A stretch of DNA of 64,000 nucleotides. Source: the human T2T-CHM13v2.0 reference genome, Homo sapiens. The stretch lies in the NCBI RefSeq assembly GCF_009914755.1, contig NC_060925.1; one strand, given 5' to 3'. A model generated the notes under the pieces. The model saw nothing but the letters and a program-made list of their open reading frames with translations, was not told the origin of the DNA and made no database searches. The stretch's first letter is position 1. Each line of letters starts with the position of its first letter. The position numbers were made by a program, and so were the translations under genes. Shown here one piece after another: positions 15,661-32,206 of the stretch.

Positions 15661-16337
15661 ACCTATTAAAATGTGATCATTATTGGTGGCTATTCATGAA
15701 ATAAAGGCATATCTATATATTCTTTTATGTACCTCTTGGTTTCTGTGACATTTAAGAAAAGTGTTCAAGACTTTCTTTGAAGATGGCTCAAGTTTTTATT
15801 TTTGCTGCTTCTTAGTTGGCAGGAACTAAAAGTCCAGGTCACTAAAGATTGCTGATGGCTTGTGAGGACAGCCCTGAGTGAGACTGAATCAGTTGGTTGA
15901 CAACAGACTGTGACAGAATGCTAAGGGGTTAATTTAGAGTTTATTGGTGCAGTATACCTGCTCAGCACTGATGGATTTCCTGATTTAGTGTATTAAAGAT
16001 GAAAAAGTAAAGTTCCTTTCTGATAGAAGTGTTTATTTCTACTAAACTGGGACTAGAAAAGCATTGATGAAAGTTTATATATTCAGAGCAACATTCTGCC
16101 TTCTGCCTTCTGCTTGGCCAGCTGCCATCTCTGACTGATGGAAATAAAGTGAGGGCTCTGACATCATCTTGATGGTGTCTGGTATTTGGGTGTTTCTGTC
16201 CAGCTCCCTTTGGCTGACATTACCAAGGCACACTGTTAATACTGGCCTCACAGGCCATAATCTCTTATGTGTCATTTTGTATTTAAACTTTTGCATAAGA
16301 GTCATCAGCACAGAACAACAGATTACTTCTGTAGCTA

Positions 16338-16690
<353 letters not shown>

Positions 16691-17174
16691 AGAGAGAGAC
16701 TACCGTCACCTTGTATAAAACCACACACACAGCATAAATAGTTAAGCCTACTAATGAAATATCCTGTCATTTCCTCTACTTAATAGAAGGCTACAGATAG
16801 GCTTATACAGTAAACATGTGAAAGGTACAGTTGATTTCTCTGCTTGAATTTGCACATGGGGGGAATTCGTTCTCTTCTTTTGCCCTTTTCACAGAACCGT
16901 AAAATGTGAGGACTGAAGGCACCTTGGAGGATGCCCAGTTCATCCACTGGTGGGGAACTGAAGACTAGACAGTTACACGGTAGTTCAAATGCAATCATAT
17001 CACTGCAATTAAAACTATGAGAAGACTAGATTATTCTGTAATATCACCACATGAGGAATATGAATCACTGTCAAATAGCAGATGCACATCATATGGATAT
17101 GATTGATGTGATCACATCACTTCTTTTAGAGTCTGTGGATGACTGGTCACTGTGTATTGGTTTTTAGTTCATGC

Positions 17175-18069
17175 ATACAAGGCAAAGTGTGTAGTGTTGT
17201 TACCTTCTTGTTCCCCAGTGATCCAAGATTTACAAAAAATGAATAAGTGGAAATTGGCTAACAGATGAAAGTACATCAAAGAAACAAAAAGTGATAACAT
17301 TGGGAACTGGAATTCCAATTGAACATAAAGGAGTTCTAAAAGGATGACCTGGCTATGGAAGGATGACAGTCCTGCCCTTTGACTGCCTGTAAATACGCAC
17401 CCAGAGGAACTTAGTGAAAGTGAGCTTATTGACGTGTGCAAGGAAAATGGTTCTGACCCATAGGATGTAGGTGTTCCAGAGTAAATGACACCAGGTGAAA
17501 AACTTCACATTAAAGAACCCTCAGAGATATTTCAGCACGTTGAAAGCACAAAGGAGAAAATTCCCGAAGGTGATTCAAATGTAGGAGCATGACAATTTGT
17601 CCAGGGATAGCAAAGATGCTTATTCCACTGGGACAGTTATATTGTGGGATGAGTGAAGGCAGGTCACAAGTGTTTTACAAAGGAATAAAACACTTTGATG
17701 GGGTGCCGTGGGTCACACCTGTAATCCCAGCACTTTGGGAGACCAAGGTGGGCAGATCGCTTAAGTCCAGGAGTTCTAGACCAGCCTGGGCAACATGGTG
17801 AGACCCTGTCTCTACAAAAATAAAATAAAATAAATAAAACACGTTAATTCTCAATGTTTCCAGTCTTCTAAATTATAGTGTACTAAGTACATTTAGTTTT
17901 ATTATTTAGAAAATGTTGTCTATACATTTATAAATCATAGGGAGTTTGTCATGTTTGGACAAAAATTCTTAAAGGTCATGGAACAATGATAAACAATGTG
18001 AATTTTCCCAAAGCTTGTCTGAAGACATTTTTATGGTCCTGTACTAGCATGCAAACTGAGGACTGCCTG
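17175..18069 (+). mobile_element. Tigger6-like TcMar DNA transposon fossil
   Basis: ccagaggaacttagtgaaagtgagcttattgac..aaaacttcacattaaagaac; terminal gaggactgcctg followed by TA; left boundary approximate. Confidence 0.65.
17700..17840 (+). mobile_element. FLAM_C / Alu left monomer inside the Tigger element
   Basis: Monomer with A-rich tail; TSD-like AATAAAACAC(T/G)TT(G/A)AT on both sides. Confidence 0.85.
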
Positions 18070-18309
18070 TATTTTAAATGAATAAATATAGACTGAGTGA
18101 AAGTCCAAAAATATTGGCTTCTTTTATTTGGAATTATCTCAGCTTATTCTGTTAACTACTTATTTGCTTTAACAAAAACAAAAAAATAGCATAGATAACA
18201 TTTTATTTGTCTGTATGACATAAATGTCAAAAGCAATGATGGGATAAATGAGATCAACTTGTAAGCACTTATCACCATGCCTGCAACATAACTGGAACTT
18301 GATAAATGC

Positions 18310-19212
<903 letters not shown>

Positions 19213-19374
19213 CTATTTGAAAGGAACTGTTGATGTTGTTTGAGAATTGTTCTCCATTCTGTACTGTTCCAGCAGACTTGGCAACAGTGATTGTAGAAAT
19301 CATGTCTTATTTACTCATCACAAAATTGTCAGAATCCAGTACTCCAGTTCTGGCCTTTCTTCCATAAATATTAG

Positions 19375-19704
<330 letters not shown>

Positions 19705-21222
19705 AAGAGTTTTATAGTCACAGGAAATACAGAAAGGAATTCAATTCAACATATATTGACTGAACATTTTCTATGTACAGTTGTCTAAAATGGATAATTA
19801 GTAACTTAGGTTTTCACTAAAGCATTTATTTTCATTAAGCCACTGGTTTCCGTGGAGTTTAAGCTGATGTGCTGGAGAGATAACCACAGGATAAGATACA
19901 TATAGTGAGCTTTCTGAGTTGATGCTAATTATGGAAAAATTCTCAGGACATAACTTAGAGGACCAGTTACACAAAGCCTAAACCTGGAAAAAAATCTCGG
20001 AAGACTGGAGGAGTAAGAGTTTAGGGAAAATACTTGGCATGATGTGAGAGATTTTTTTTTTAATGACTAGAGTTATTAAGACTATTTATTGAGTTTTCAA
20101 GAGTATAATATATGACTGATTCGTTTAGATTATGTACACAAAGAGCATTGTTTTACTTAAAATAGGGGAAAAAGAAGGGACTGCATTGCTTTTTTTCAGT
20201 GATGCATTGGGTTTTATATTGAGGCTGTGGATGCTTATGATACATTAAAATTTGTCACAGCAATAATAGACAGGATCGGTAATTTTCCTCCAATATTGCC
20301 CTATTTCCTGGCTGCATGAAACCATGAAATCACTTAATGGGATCATACAATACCAGCTTTGATTGGAAATTAAATAAGATCTTACCTTGGCAGTTCTAAA
20401 AAGAGACTCCATCTGTCAGCATGGCAGCATGTATTTATGAATAATCTTAAGGTGGATTGTGATAAGCAATCACTTATTGAGTTCATAACATTTGCAGGCA
20501 CAGTGTTAGACAATAGAGATGTACTGGTGAGCAAACCAGACCTTGTTCCTGCTCTCACACAGATCCTAATGCTATTGGAACCCATAGAAATGGACAGAAT
20601 TGGGTCTAAGTAACTGCAAAGAAGTGATTTCTGTCTGCAAGTAACATCACTGTCATGGTTTATGAATTCTGTTCCTTGTTATTAAATATCAACCAGGAAA
20701 CTGATGTGAAAGTGGCATGGGGAGATACTAAATAAAATGCGTAGGCTCACCCTTGAGTGCTTCAAGATGTTTGTATGGGAGGAATGGAGTATCTTTTGTT
20801 TGATTCTTATTTGTTGTAATGGAAAGGCAGAAGCCCCTCTAAATACCACCCCCTTGCTGGGATCAAATTGGATTAGAGGTCATCTATGTATCTATTTAAT
20901 AGATATTTTTTGATTGAGTGCTTCCTGTGAGCCAGCATTCTTACAGGCTTTGGTGATCACCATTAGTAAAAGTGACAAGGTCCTTTCCCTTACAGAACTT
21001 GCATTCTAGTGGGGGAGGCTCAGAAAAATTTAAAAAAAGCAAATAGCATATAATATAGTGTCAGGTAGTGATAATAAAGGGGAAAAAATAAGAGAAGGGA
21101 CTCAGGGTGATAGGGGCTGCTATTTTAGATAGGGCGACCGTGGAAGTGGTTTTCTGTGTGTGTGACCTCACAGGTTTGTGAGCAGCAGTCAAGCTAACTT
21201 TGCTCAGAATTACTAAATGTAC

Positions 21223-21239
21223 AAACACACATGCACATG

Positions 21240-21267
<28 letters not shown>
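21223..21267. repeat. (CA)n microsatellite
   Basis: Direct reading. Confidence 0.95.
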
Positions 21268-21273
<6 letters not shown>

Positions 21274-21827
21274 TACACATAGGCTTTCCCATAATTCACC
21301 CCTCAACATGTCCCCATTATATCCCCCTCTTCCACTGTCGCCACCCCTGCTATCCCTAAGCTTTGGGCTTTCTCTGTCTCCTGCTTTCTACATCTCCTGA
21401 TTCTTTGAAGGTTTTCTATTTTCTTTCTCTTGTTCTGGGATTAGCCGGTGTACAGTCTGGCCAAGTGTGAGGTCCCTAGGCATCCCTGAATGCCTTATCT
21501 ACTTTCTTTGCTAACTAAGGCTTGTATATATCTGCATTGTAGCTACAGTTCCTTATTTGGCCAATCCTCAGTATGATGATTTGGGGAAGGCAACATTTCT
21601 TCACTATTGAGAAAGATCTCATGTTGAGCTTTGTTTTTGAACTGCAATGTCCAAAGTGGGCAATTCAATGAAAGGGTAGTGCTGATTTAGTGGTATTAAC
21701 TTATTACAAATTTTGGGCATTGTTTGTTCTTATCCATTCATTCAACTACTATTGATTGAGGCCCTTTTATATACCTGACATTATGCTAGATACTAGGGCT
21801 ATAATTCTAGGTAAAAACAGACTCAGT

Positions 21828-22144
<317 letters not shown>

Positions 22145-22460
22145 CAGACTCAGTTTAATAATCAGACATTAATAATTACACAAATGAATGCATGATAACA
22201 ATTGAAGAAACTAAAAGAGAAAATACAATGTTATGGGAGCACAAAACAAAAGAATTAATAGCCTGGTGGGTCCAATCTCAACACAGCCTTGAAAGGATGC
22301 CTGGGTTGAGATTTGAAAGATGGGTAAGTATTAACTAGAGAAGAGAGAAAGGGGTTTAATAGTGCATGCGAAAGTCCTGTAGGAGAAAAGGCATGAAGGA
22401 AGGTTGGTTGGAGATATTGGGCTGGTGCCAGACCATGCAGTGCAGAGCCTTGTAGGCTGA

Positions 22461-22799
<339 letters not shown>

Positions 22800-23480
22800 T
22801 AGAGCAATTGGAAACCATTGAAGGGTTTTAAGCCAGCATGCCGTATAGTACAGATTGATGGTGTGGCCTCAAGCTAAAGCTCCTTGGAAGGGAGTGTGCA
22901 GTGTGGAGAACCATTCAGTGGATTTTGAAGATGTCAAAATGAGAGATAATTGTAGCTTGGACTAAGGTGGTGAGAAATTGATGGATTGGAAAAGTGTTGA
23001 TGGAGTAGAATCCACAGGACTTGGTAACTCCAAGGTGGATGTCACCCTTTTGTTAAGTCCTTCCATTTATCTGATTGCTCTTGAGGTTTCTTTTAAGTGG
23101 TTGATTATTTATTATTTCATCCAGAATTTGTATAAAGAAAGATCAATAAATTTGTTTCTTCATGTTTGTTTAGTAAAGGGTGAGTATTTAAGGGTGCTTT
23201 CAGTGCTTCTGGGCCAAGGTGAAAAAAATGATGGTCATCATGTGCATTTCAGCACTCAGAAACACTATTGGCACAGGCAACCAAAATGCAAAAGCAAGAC
23301 ATATGAATTACAAGTCTGCACCTCAGCGGCTGAATAGCAAAGACTAATTCGGAAGAGGCCTTATGACCCAGGAAGACATACTTTAATTAATATCTTTATT
23401 GTCCTGTCAGGTAGGTTAACCCTCTGGATCCCATCAGTATTTGGCAATGTTGATCTTTATTCTTGGAATAGAAACTAGAT

Positions 23481-23504
23481 TGTGTGTGTGTGTGTGTGTG
23501 TGTG
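23481..23504. repeat. (TG)12 microsatellite
   Basis: Direct reading. Confidence 0.95.
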
Positions 23505-23891
23505 TACATGTATGTGTGAGCATGTGTGCATGTACACAATATCCTCATGTGCATTTCATATATATGTTACCTACCAGATGTATTACATATGGATAATCAT
23601 AAATAGAAAACATTAAGCTATTTATCAAAACCTCTCAAATGCCTACTCTGCATGCTGTCAGACCACAGTGATTCTGGAGAGGAAGTGTGCTCTGAGATGA
23701 ATGATGGGGTTAATTAAAGGCAACTGGAAGGTGGCTTGTGAATTGGTGTTTGGTTCATTAAATGTTCAGTATATTTTACTTTCTGTCCAAAAGGAACCTT
23801 TTGATTACTGGAAAGTAAAATAGAAGCAGCTCCTGGGCAAACTGGCAAAAGCTTTGATGAGTATGTCAGATTAGGTTGTATCATTCAAAGT

Positions 23892-24089
23892 TGAACCACG
23901 ATTGAAAGCTGTAGCTATAGCCTCTCTCCTTGGTGGTATAGCAGAGCTCTCCTGAACTGAACCATGATTGAAAGCTGTAGCTATAGCCTCTCTCCTTGGT
24001 AGTATAGCAGAGCTCTCCTGAACTGAACCATGATTGAAAGCTGTAGCTATAGCCTCTCTCCTTGGTGGTATAGTGGAGCTCTCCTGAAC
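23892..24089. repeat. Minisatellite, 3 x 66 bp
   Basis: Unit tgaaccatgattgaaagctgtagctatagcctctctccttggtggtatagcagagctctcctgaac starting at 23892, 23958 and 24024. Confidence 0.97.
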
Positions 24090-24348
24090 TTAATGTTGCT
24101 TCATTACCATGCACTCCATCATACAATGTTAAGGGACTGGATTGAAGTGAAACTTTGCGTAAGTGAGTTGGTCTCATACATTGGATAGGATAGCTTAATA
24201 TAGTATTTAAATCCATTCCTTTCCCTTAGATGATTGGTACATCTCACATACTGATGGGCATCTCCACACGAGCTCTAATTTCTGATTTGTCCAAAGTGCA
24301 CAGGCTTATTTTAATATTTGACTGTTAAAGATTGTCTTCAAACTCCTA

Positions 24349-24721
<373 letters not shown>

Positions 24722-24774
24722 TTAGGATCCATATATTTTCTGGGTCCCTTTCTGGGCCCTAGATCCTCATCTAA

Positions 24775-24912
24775 CAAGCTCTCAAGTGTGGCTCATATTG
24801 AGAGCTTCTTAGAAATGCACAATCAGCCCCACTCAAGACTTTCCCAATCAGAATCTGCACCTTAGCAGGATCCATGGGCGATAGGATGCACCTTACAGAT
24901 AGAGAAGCACTT
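24775..24912. mobile_element. MER5A-like hAT fossil
   Basis: ctcaagtgtgg...agaaatgcac...aatcagaatctgcaccttagcaggatcc...gagaagcact. Confidence 0.6.
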
Positions 24913-25807
24913 TAACATACATGGTAAAATCAATTGAGTCTCTAGAAGCAGTGTGGGATGGGATTACAGACTGAATTATCTGAATCTAATTCAGATGAAT
25001 TAGGTTTAGTGATCAATTTCTGGAAATATGTCTGATAAGCCCTCTGTGAGTAACAAGTTACTTTATGTCTCATTTTCCTCATCTAGATATGTGTGGGTCC
25101 TCTTTATACCACAGGGGTAGAGTGAGGATTAAATAAGTTAATGCCAGGATGGGCATTCACTGTACTTTTGGTAAAGACGGTGTGCCTTCTCTTCTTCCGG
25201 GGCTTACTGAGTAAGCTCTGTTACTCCCACTTGTCCCATATATCTGTGGTTTTGTTTTTACCTCATCTTGCTGTCTTCTCTTATTCTCATTCCCAAACTG
25301 TCTTTAGTTAGTTATTAATAATGTATTAAATTGTATTTAGATAGCCTCTAGCATCCAAAAGAGTAAGAGTGTAGTTACTTACCCAAGAGTGTAGTTTGCA
25401 TGTTAGAGTTAGTTCCATAGGGTAGGTGAGACAAAATAGTAAAAGCCTCTGGGGATTTGATAAGGCATTGAACACACCAGCACAATTTTTGGTTCTTTTT
25501 TTATTACACCACAATATAGCTTTGATCTTGCAGATTATATAAGCTCCAAAGTACTTCATGATTGTTTTTATTATAGCCACACTGCACATGAATTTATATT
25601 CAGATGTACCCATCCTATGGGAATAATGCTATTTTTTTAGCAGATTATTTTTTAAAGCAAACAAATGAATGTTCACTGGAAATCAGTGAGCACCTGGAGG
25701 GTCAGTTAGGAGGTGGTTGTTAAAAATATTGGGCTTTGCCTGTGGCTGGTGCTATAAGCTACGCTATTAAATATTGGTGCTACCATATAGGAAATAAAGG
25801 CAAATAC

Positions 25808-26143
<336 letters not shown>

Positions 26144-26169
26144 TTACCAGGATTTTAAATACAAATTAG

Positions 26170-26500
<331 letters not shown>

Positions 26501-27616
26501 ATATAGCATATTCTTTAGGTTAGCTAAAAATAAAAAAAAAAACAACTTGCCGTCTGCTTTTGAGTCTTTATTCCCATCACCTCTGCCCTGCCATACTACC
26601 TTGGTGAAGGGCTTCTAGAATATACTTGTGTGTCCTTTTTCTCTCTAATTAGAATGGTTGATGATTATATTGCTCTTTTACTACTCTGTTATGTTTTCTT
26701 TTGTTTCCTTGAGGTTGAGATGTCAAAACACGTAAATGGTCAGACTTTTTAGGCCCTTGCCACGTAGAACCTGTGTTTTCCATTTTCTTACTGTGCATTT
26801 GGTGCCTTTTGTATGCTAGTCATTATGTAAGGTGCTTTATCGGATTTACTTCGTCATTTTAGAAATTCAGTACTTTGCCTCAGATCATATAACCTAGTAC
26901 ATGGTGAGCTGGGATGGGAATCCAGATCTTGCTTGTCCTAAAGTCCGTGATTCCTGCAGCACTCCCACTGCCTGTATTGAGTCATTCTAATTTTCGTCTT
27001 TCCCCATGTACAGTTTCTTCAGTAACCTTGCTTAATGAATTGATTGGAAACCTGTTTTGGCTTTCAGAGGACTGAAATAAATTGTCTCTCCATACATTTT
27101 TAAGCAACCCAGGATCCTTTCTGATATGATCAAGCAACTAATGCTTGGTTGAACTAAGATGACTTTTACCATCACTTTGAAGTGAGAAAGTTCTGTTATT
27201 GACCTGTTTTCCTGTGTGAGTTTTGAAATGACATGTGTGCCTGCTATTAGAATCTGTTCCGTTCTTGATGATACTTGGTGTCCTAGAAATGTGTCAGACA
27301 ATTTCTTGTTAATTTTGATGACTAAAATAGTGACGATAATATGAAAATCCTGTATTTTACTTTTATTTGTTCAGGTTGCCTCTGGGGATCAGTCAGTACA
27401 GTCAGAAAACTACTGATTGCCTTGAATGGCCGTAGCTCCCCTCTTTTCCCCTACTCAGTTGCCTTTTTGCAAATAAAAAGTACGTGAGGGATTGATTCCG
27501 TAGGGGTTTCTTTTGGTTGTTTTTTTGACAGTAGTTTTTACATTCGGCACAGATTTTTAAAATGCACTAAAATAATGTTCTTCAAGATATGATTTGGACT
27601 GTGCAGTCATGTCACG

Positions 27617-27654
27617 TCTCACTTATTTTTCCCTCTCTTTCTCCCCCTTTGCAG
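27617..27654 (+). promoter_or_regulatory. 3' splice site of RYR2 exon 2 (candidate branch point CTCAC with A at 27621, polypyrimidine tract, CAG)
   Basis: ctcac-ttatttttccctctctttctccccctttgcag directly before GAT GAT GAA. Confidence 0.9.
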
Positions 27655-27774
27655 GATGATGAAGTGGTTCTGCAGTGCACCGCAACCATCCACAAAGAAC
27701 AACAGAAGCTATGCTTGGCAGCAGAAGGATTTGGCAACAGACTTTGTTTCTTGGAGTCCACTTCCAATTCCAAG
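27655..27774 (+). CDS. RYR2: Ryanodine receptor 2, internal coding exon (exon 2, N-terminal domain), 120 bp, phase 0/0
   Basis: Translates to [40 protein letters not shown], matching RyR2 as I recall it (RyR1 has CSATVLKEQLK...EPTSNAQ, RyR3 has CIATIHKEQRKF...EPTSEAK). Preceded by a long pyrimidine tract and CAG (27652-27654), followed by GT at 27775. Confidence 0.98.
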
Positions 27775-27780
27775 GTGGGA
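27772..27780 (+). promoter_or_regulatory. 5' splice site of RYR2 exon 2 (AAG|GTGGGA)
   Basis: RyR2 similarity ends at Lys codon AAG 27772-27774, followed by GTGGGA. Confidence 0.9.
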
Positions 27781-29008
27781 TGAAGTCTTTCAAGGCTATT
27801 CAAATATGCAAGTTTTACTAGTGGCATTGAAGTTATTTATGAGCTCTCTACTATTTTCTGTGGAATACATACTATATAAATGAAAGGGATATAACAATGT
27901 TTTCCATCTCCATTTTGCTGATTTTTAATTGAGTCTCTCCTGGGTACAAAGAACTAGGGATAAGATTATTAGCAAGAACACAGAAAGTCCTTGCCCCATG
28001 AGGTTTATATTCTAGTAGAAAAGCAAACAAGTAAATCAGTGATATAATTTGAAAACTGATAAGGGCTAGGAAGATTTAATGGATTATTAAGTTTGTAAAG
28101 GAACCAATAGTCTTAGGCTCATTGTATTTTTTTATAAGATAGACTTTCAATTTTCCATATTAACGAAAAGTCAAAACTCTAAATCCCAGTTCATGTTTAA
28201 AATACGTAAACCTGGGTCTAGATGCAGTTCACATAGATATATCTGGATTTGACTTTCATTGGTAGAAAATGGGATATGGCTTTTTTTTTTCCTCAAAGTG
28301 TTATCTCTTGCATTGATCATAAAGGGCAAAGGACAGAAAGATTGTTGGTAGTAAGTAGTCAGATACTGTAAATTATAGATATACTCTTTGAAATGAGCCC
28401 AGCAATATCTTAAGCTACAGAATTTTAAAATCAAAGGCAGAACTAACTTTTTGAGACAATCGCTCCGAGGATATTTATTCTTTTAGGCTGATCTTTGCCT
28501 AAAAGAGAATGGTTCATAATATCAGCATAGATTTTCTTGCAGAAATATAAACACTTAATTCTGTTGATATGTTTTGATTAATTATTCCTGATTCCTAATT
28601 GTGGATATTTACTGTATGTTCTGTATATGAATGAATTTTCATCTGTGTCTCTATATTTCAGAAATTAGAAGTTGAGGTTTTGCTTTTAGGAACTATTCAC
28701 TTTGAGACAGACCTACCTTGTTATTATTAAAAATTCAGGGAGAAATGAAGCCTTATCAAAAAGGCATAGTTTTTCATCTCTTTGAATCTCCACATGCAAC
28801 CAGAAAGAGCTATGAAGAGGGTAAAACTCACAGCCACAGACAATACAGTATCTAAGACAAACTAAGTGGCAAGTTATTCCTACGTATGGTGTCAGTAAAT
28901 GTATAGGAGGAAGTGCAAGAGAGGTGACATGATTTCTATTGTCTCTGAAAGTCAGTGACAAATCCTTGCTGGAAAGCCTGGTGGGCCAATGTGAAAACAG
29001 TAACCACT

Positions 29009-29392
<384 letters not shown>

Positions 29393-30139
29393 CTATGTAA
29401 AACTCCCTTACAGGTCAAAGTCCTCCTCTGAGGAGAAATTGCAGGGGCGATAGAGGCAAAGGATAGAGAAGGATCGAACCAAAAAAAAAATAGAGGGGGG
29501 AAGCAGAACCCATAGATTTCATAAGAGGCCATGTTTCAAGTAGTGGGGAGAACCACAGAACAAGGAGCTCTAGAGCTGTAAAGCTGAAAAAAAGGCTACA
29601 CTCTCTCTTCTCCCTAAGAGTATAAGAAAAAGCATTTCAATTTTTGTCTGGACATTTGATGTGCTTGTGTTGCCTGTAGACATTATAATTTTATAATATA
29701 TATAATTATGTATAATTTATATATATTAGTGGAGTAATCTAATTTATATAATTATAATTATGCTTAATATATAATTTATATGTGTATATATTGTTTTATA
29801 TATAAAAAGAGAATAAGAAGCAGAATAATATCTAAAGGTAATAAAGGTCAACTAGTTAAATAAACATAACTATTTAAAAATGAACTAAAAGAAATTAAAA
29901 AAATAAGAGACACTATGAAAGAGCAACATACATTCTTAACTCAGAAACAAGATGAGTAGAGAACAGAGATTTGGAAAAGGGAGCTGAATAACAGGCCAGA
30001 ATTCCAAATTAAAGAAAAACTAATTTTAGACCTGGAGACTGCATGAGAAGGGACACCAGAGCACGTAAACCCACAGCTTAACATCTGTAGAGATATAGAA
30101 GATGGAAAAGTGAAAACCTTTGAAAATCCAAAGGAAATG

Positions 30140-30608
30140 ATTTTATGGAAGACGATTTTCCCATGAACCGGGGCTGGAGGGTGTTTTGGGGATGATTCAA
30201 GCACATTACATTTATTGTGCACTTTATTTCTATTATTATTACATTGTAATATATAATAAATTCTAGAACTCACCATAATGTACAATCAGTGGGAGCCCTG
30301 AGCTTGTTTTCCTGCTACTAGATGGCTATATCTGGGGGTGACAGTGACAGATCGTCAGGCATTAGATTCTCATAAGAGGGTGTGCAACCTAGATCCCTTG
30401 CATGTGCAGTTCACAATAGGGTTTGCACTCCTGTGAGAATCTAATGCTGCTGATGATCTCACAGGACGCAGAGCTCAGGTGGCCAGTGAGGGGGAGCAGC
30501 TGTACATACAGATGAAGCTTGCCTGCTGCTCACTTCCGGCTCTGTGGCCTGGTTCCTAAGGGGCCACTGACTGGCACTGATCCATGGCCCAGGGGTTGGG
30601 GACCCCTG
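30140..30608 (+). mobile_element. MER1A hAT-Charlie fossil (5'-truncated)
   Basis: gatgattcaagcacattacatttattgtgcac...tgagaatctaatgc...gggttggggacccctg. Confidence 0.85.
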
Positions 30609-30989
30609 CCCCAAGAAAACCAAATTGCAGTACAGACTGTGGCACGAGGAATGGTGGTGAGCATTCAAGACACATTTCCCCAAGGAACTGAGATGGAATG
30701 ATGGTTTTAGGGGAGAGTGTCTTATGGAATGGCTCTGTCCTCTGACAAGGTTAAGTAAGTATGACTACCAAAAATGGGAGAGTGGGTATAGTTTATAAAA
30801 ATTCAACTTCCTGATTGCTTTATAGATGTAGTCTAAAAGTAAATATAACTTTCACCAGAGATAAATAATATATTAGCTATTTGCAATATTGGTCATAGAA
30901 CTAAGAAATAGTAATCAAAAAGAGAAGGTCTTAAGAATATTATTTAAAAATATGAGTGTTAGGGAAGCCCAAACTTCCTAAACAAAAGA

Positions 30990-31400
30990 GATATATAAAA
31001 ATATATTTATATATTGTATATTTTATGAACATATGTATATTATAAATGATATAATAAACATAACAAAACATACAAGTATTATAAAATATATATTATATAT
31101 TTATATTATATAACGCATATATTAAATATATTTATATTATAAATTAATGTACATTCATGTTTATTAAGAAATACATATATATTTTATATTATATATAATA
31201 TTTATAATATATTATAAATATACCTTTATATTATATATATTTAATGTAGATATATGATAATGTAGATATATATGATATGTAGGTATTACATATGATAACT
31301 ATATATTTCTATTTAAATATAAAAATGCATATTTAATGTACATATTATATATGATATGTATATCCTATGTATATGTGTATATATGTATCACGTATATACA
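30990..31400. repeat. AT-rich degenerate (TA)n low-complexity tract
   Basis: Direct reading; a second tract at about 29680-29805. Confidence 0.9.
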
Positions 31401-31407
31401 TATGACA

Positions 31408-32206
31408 CAGCTGTATGCCACATACCACATATATGACAGTGGTCCCATAAGATCATAATGGAGCTGAAAAATTCCTATTGCCTAGTGATGTCTGGATGAT
31501 TTCAATCTTGTGTAGGCCTACAATGATGTGAATTTGAGTCTTAGTTTTTAACAAAAAAGTTTAAAAAGTAAAAAAAAATTAAAAAATAGGAAAGAGGTGT
31601 CTAGAACAAAGATATAAAGAAAATATTTTCATACAGCTGTGTTTGTATTTTAAGCTAAGTGTTATTACAAAAATAAAAAAGCTAACAAAATTAAAGTTTA
31701 TAAAGTAAAAAGTTACAATAAGCTAAGGTTAATTTATCATTGAACAAAGAAAATTTTAAAAATAAATTTAGTGCAGCCTAAGTGTACAGCGTTTATAAAG
31801 TTTGCAGTAGGGTAGTGTCCTAGGCCTTCACATTCACCCACCACTCACTCACTGACTCACCAGAGTAACTTCCGGTCGTGCAAGCTCCATTTATTGTAAG
31901 GTGTCCTATATAGGTGTACCGTTTTTTACCTTTTATATCACATTTTTACTGTACTTTTTCTATTTTGAGATATGTTTATATAAACAGATACCACTGTGTT
32001 ACAGTTGCCTCCAGTATTCAGTATAGTCATGTGTTGTACAGGTTTGTAGCCTAGGAGTAATAGGCTATACCGTACATACCTAGGTGTATAGGAGGCTGTA
32101 CCATTTAGGTTTGTATTACATACACTCCATGATGTACACATAATGATAAGATCACCTGATGACACATTTCTAGCATGTGTCCCCATCATTAAGTGATGCA
32201 TGTCTG
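31408..32206 (+). mobile_element. Tigger3b-like DNA transposon fossil
   Basis: gtggtcccataagatcataatggagctgaaaaattcctattgcctagtgatgtc ... cattaagtgatgcatgtctg followed by TA. Confidence 0.85.

Noticed and set aside
17175-18069. Domesticated Tigger transposase gene
   Set aside because: Short, stop-ridden and interrupted by a FLAM; no long ORF.
23881-24216. 111-aa ORF with 22-aa repeats, or a CRISPR-like array
   Set aside because: Product of a 66-bp tandem repeat with no unique spacers, no cas genes, and a primate intronic context.
27589-27783. 64-aa ORF as a standalone small gene
   Set aside because: It is RYR2 exon 2 plus intronic read-through; similarity is confined to the AG/GT-bounded 120 bp.
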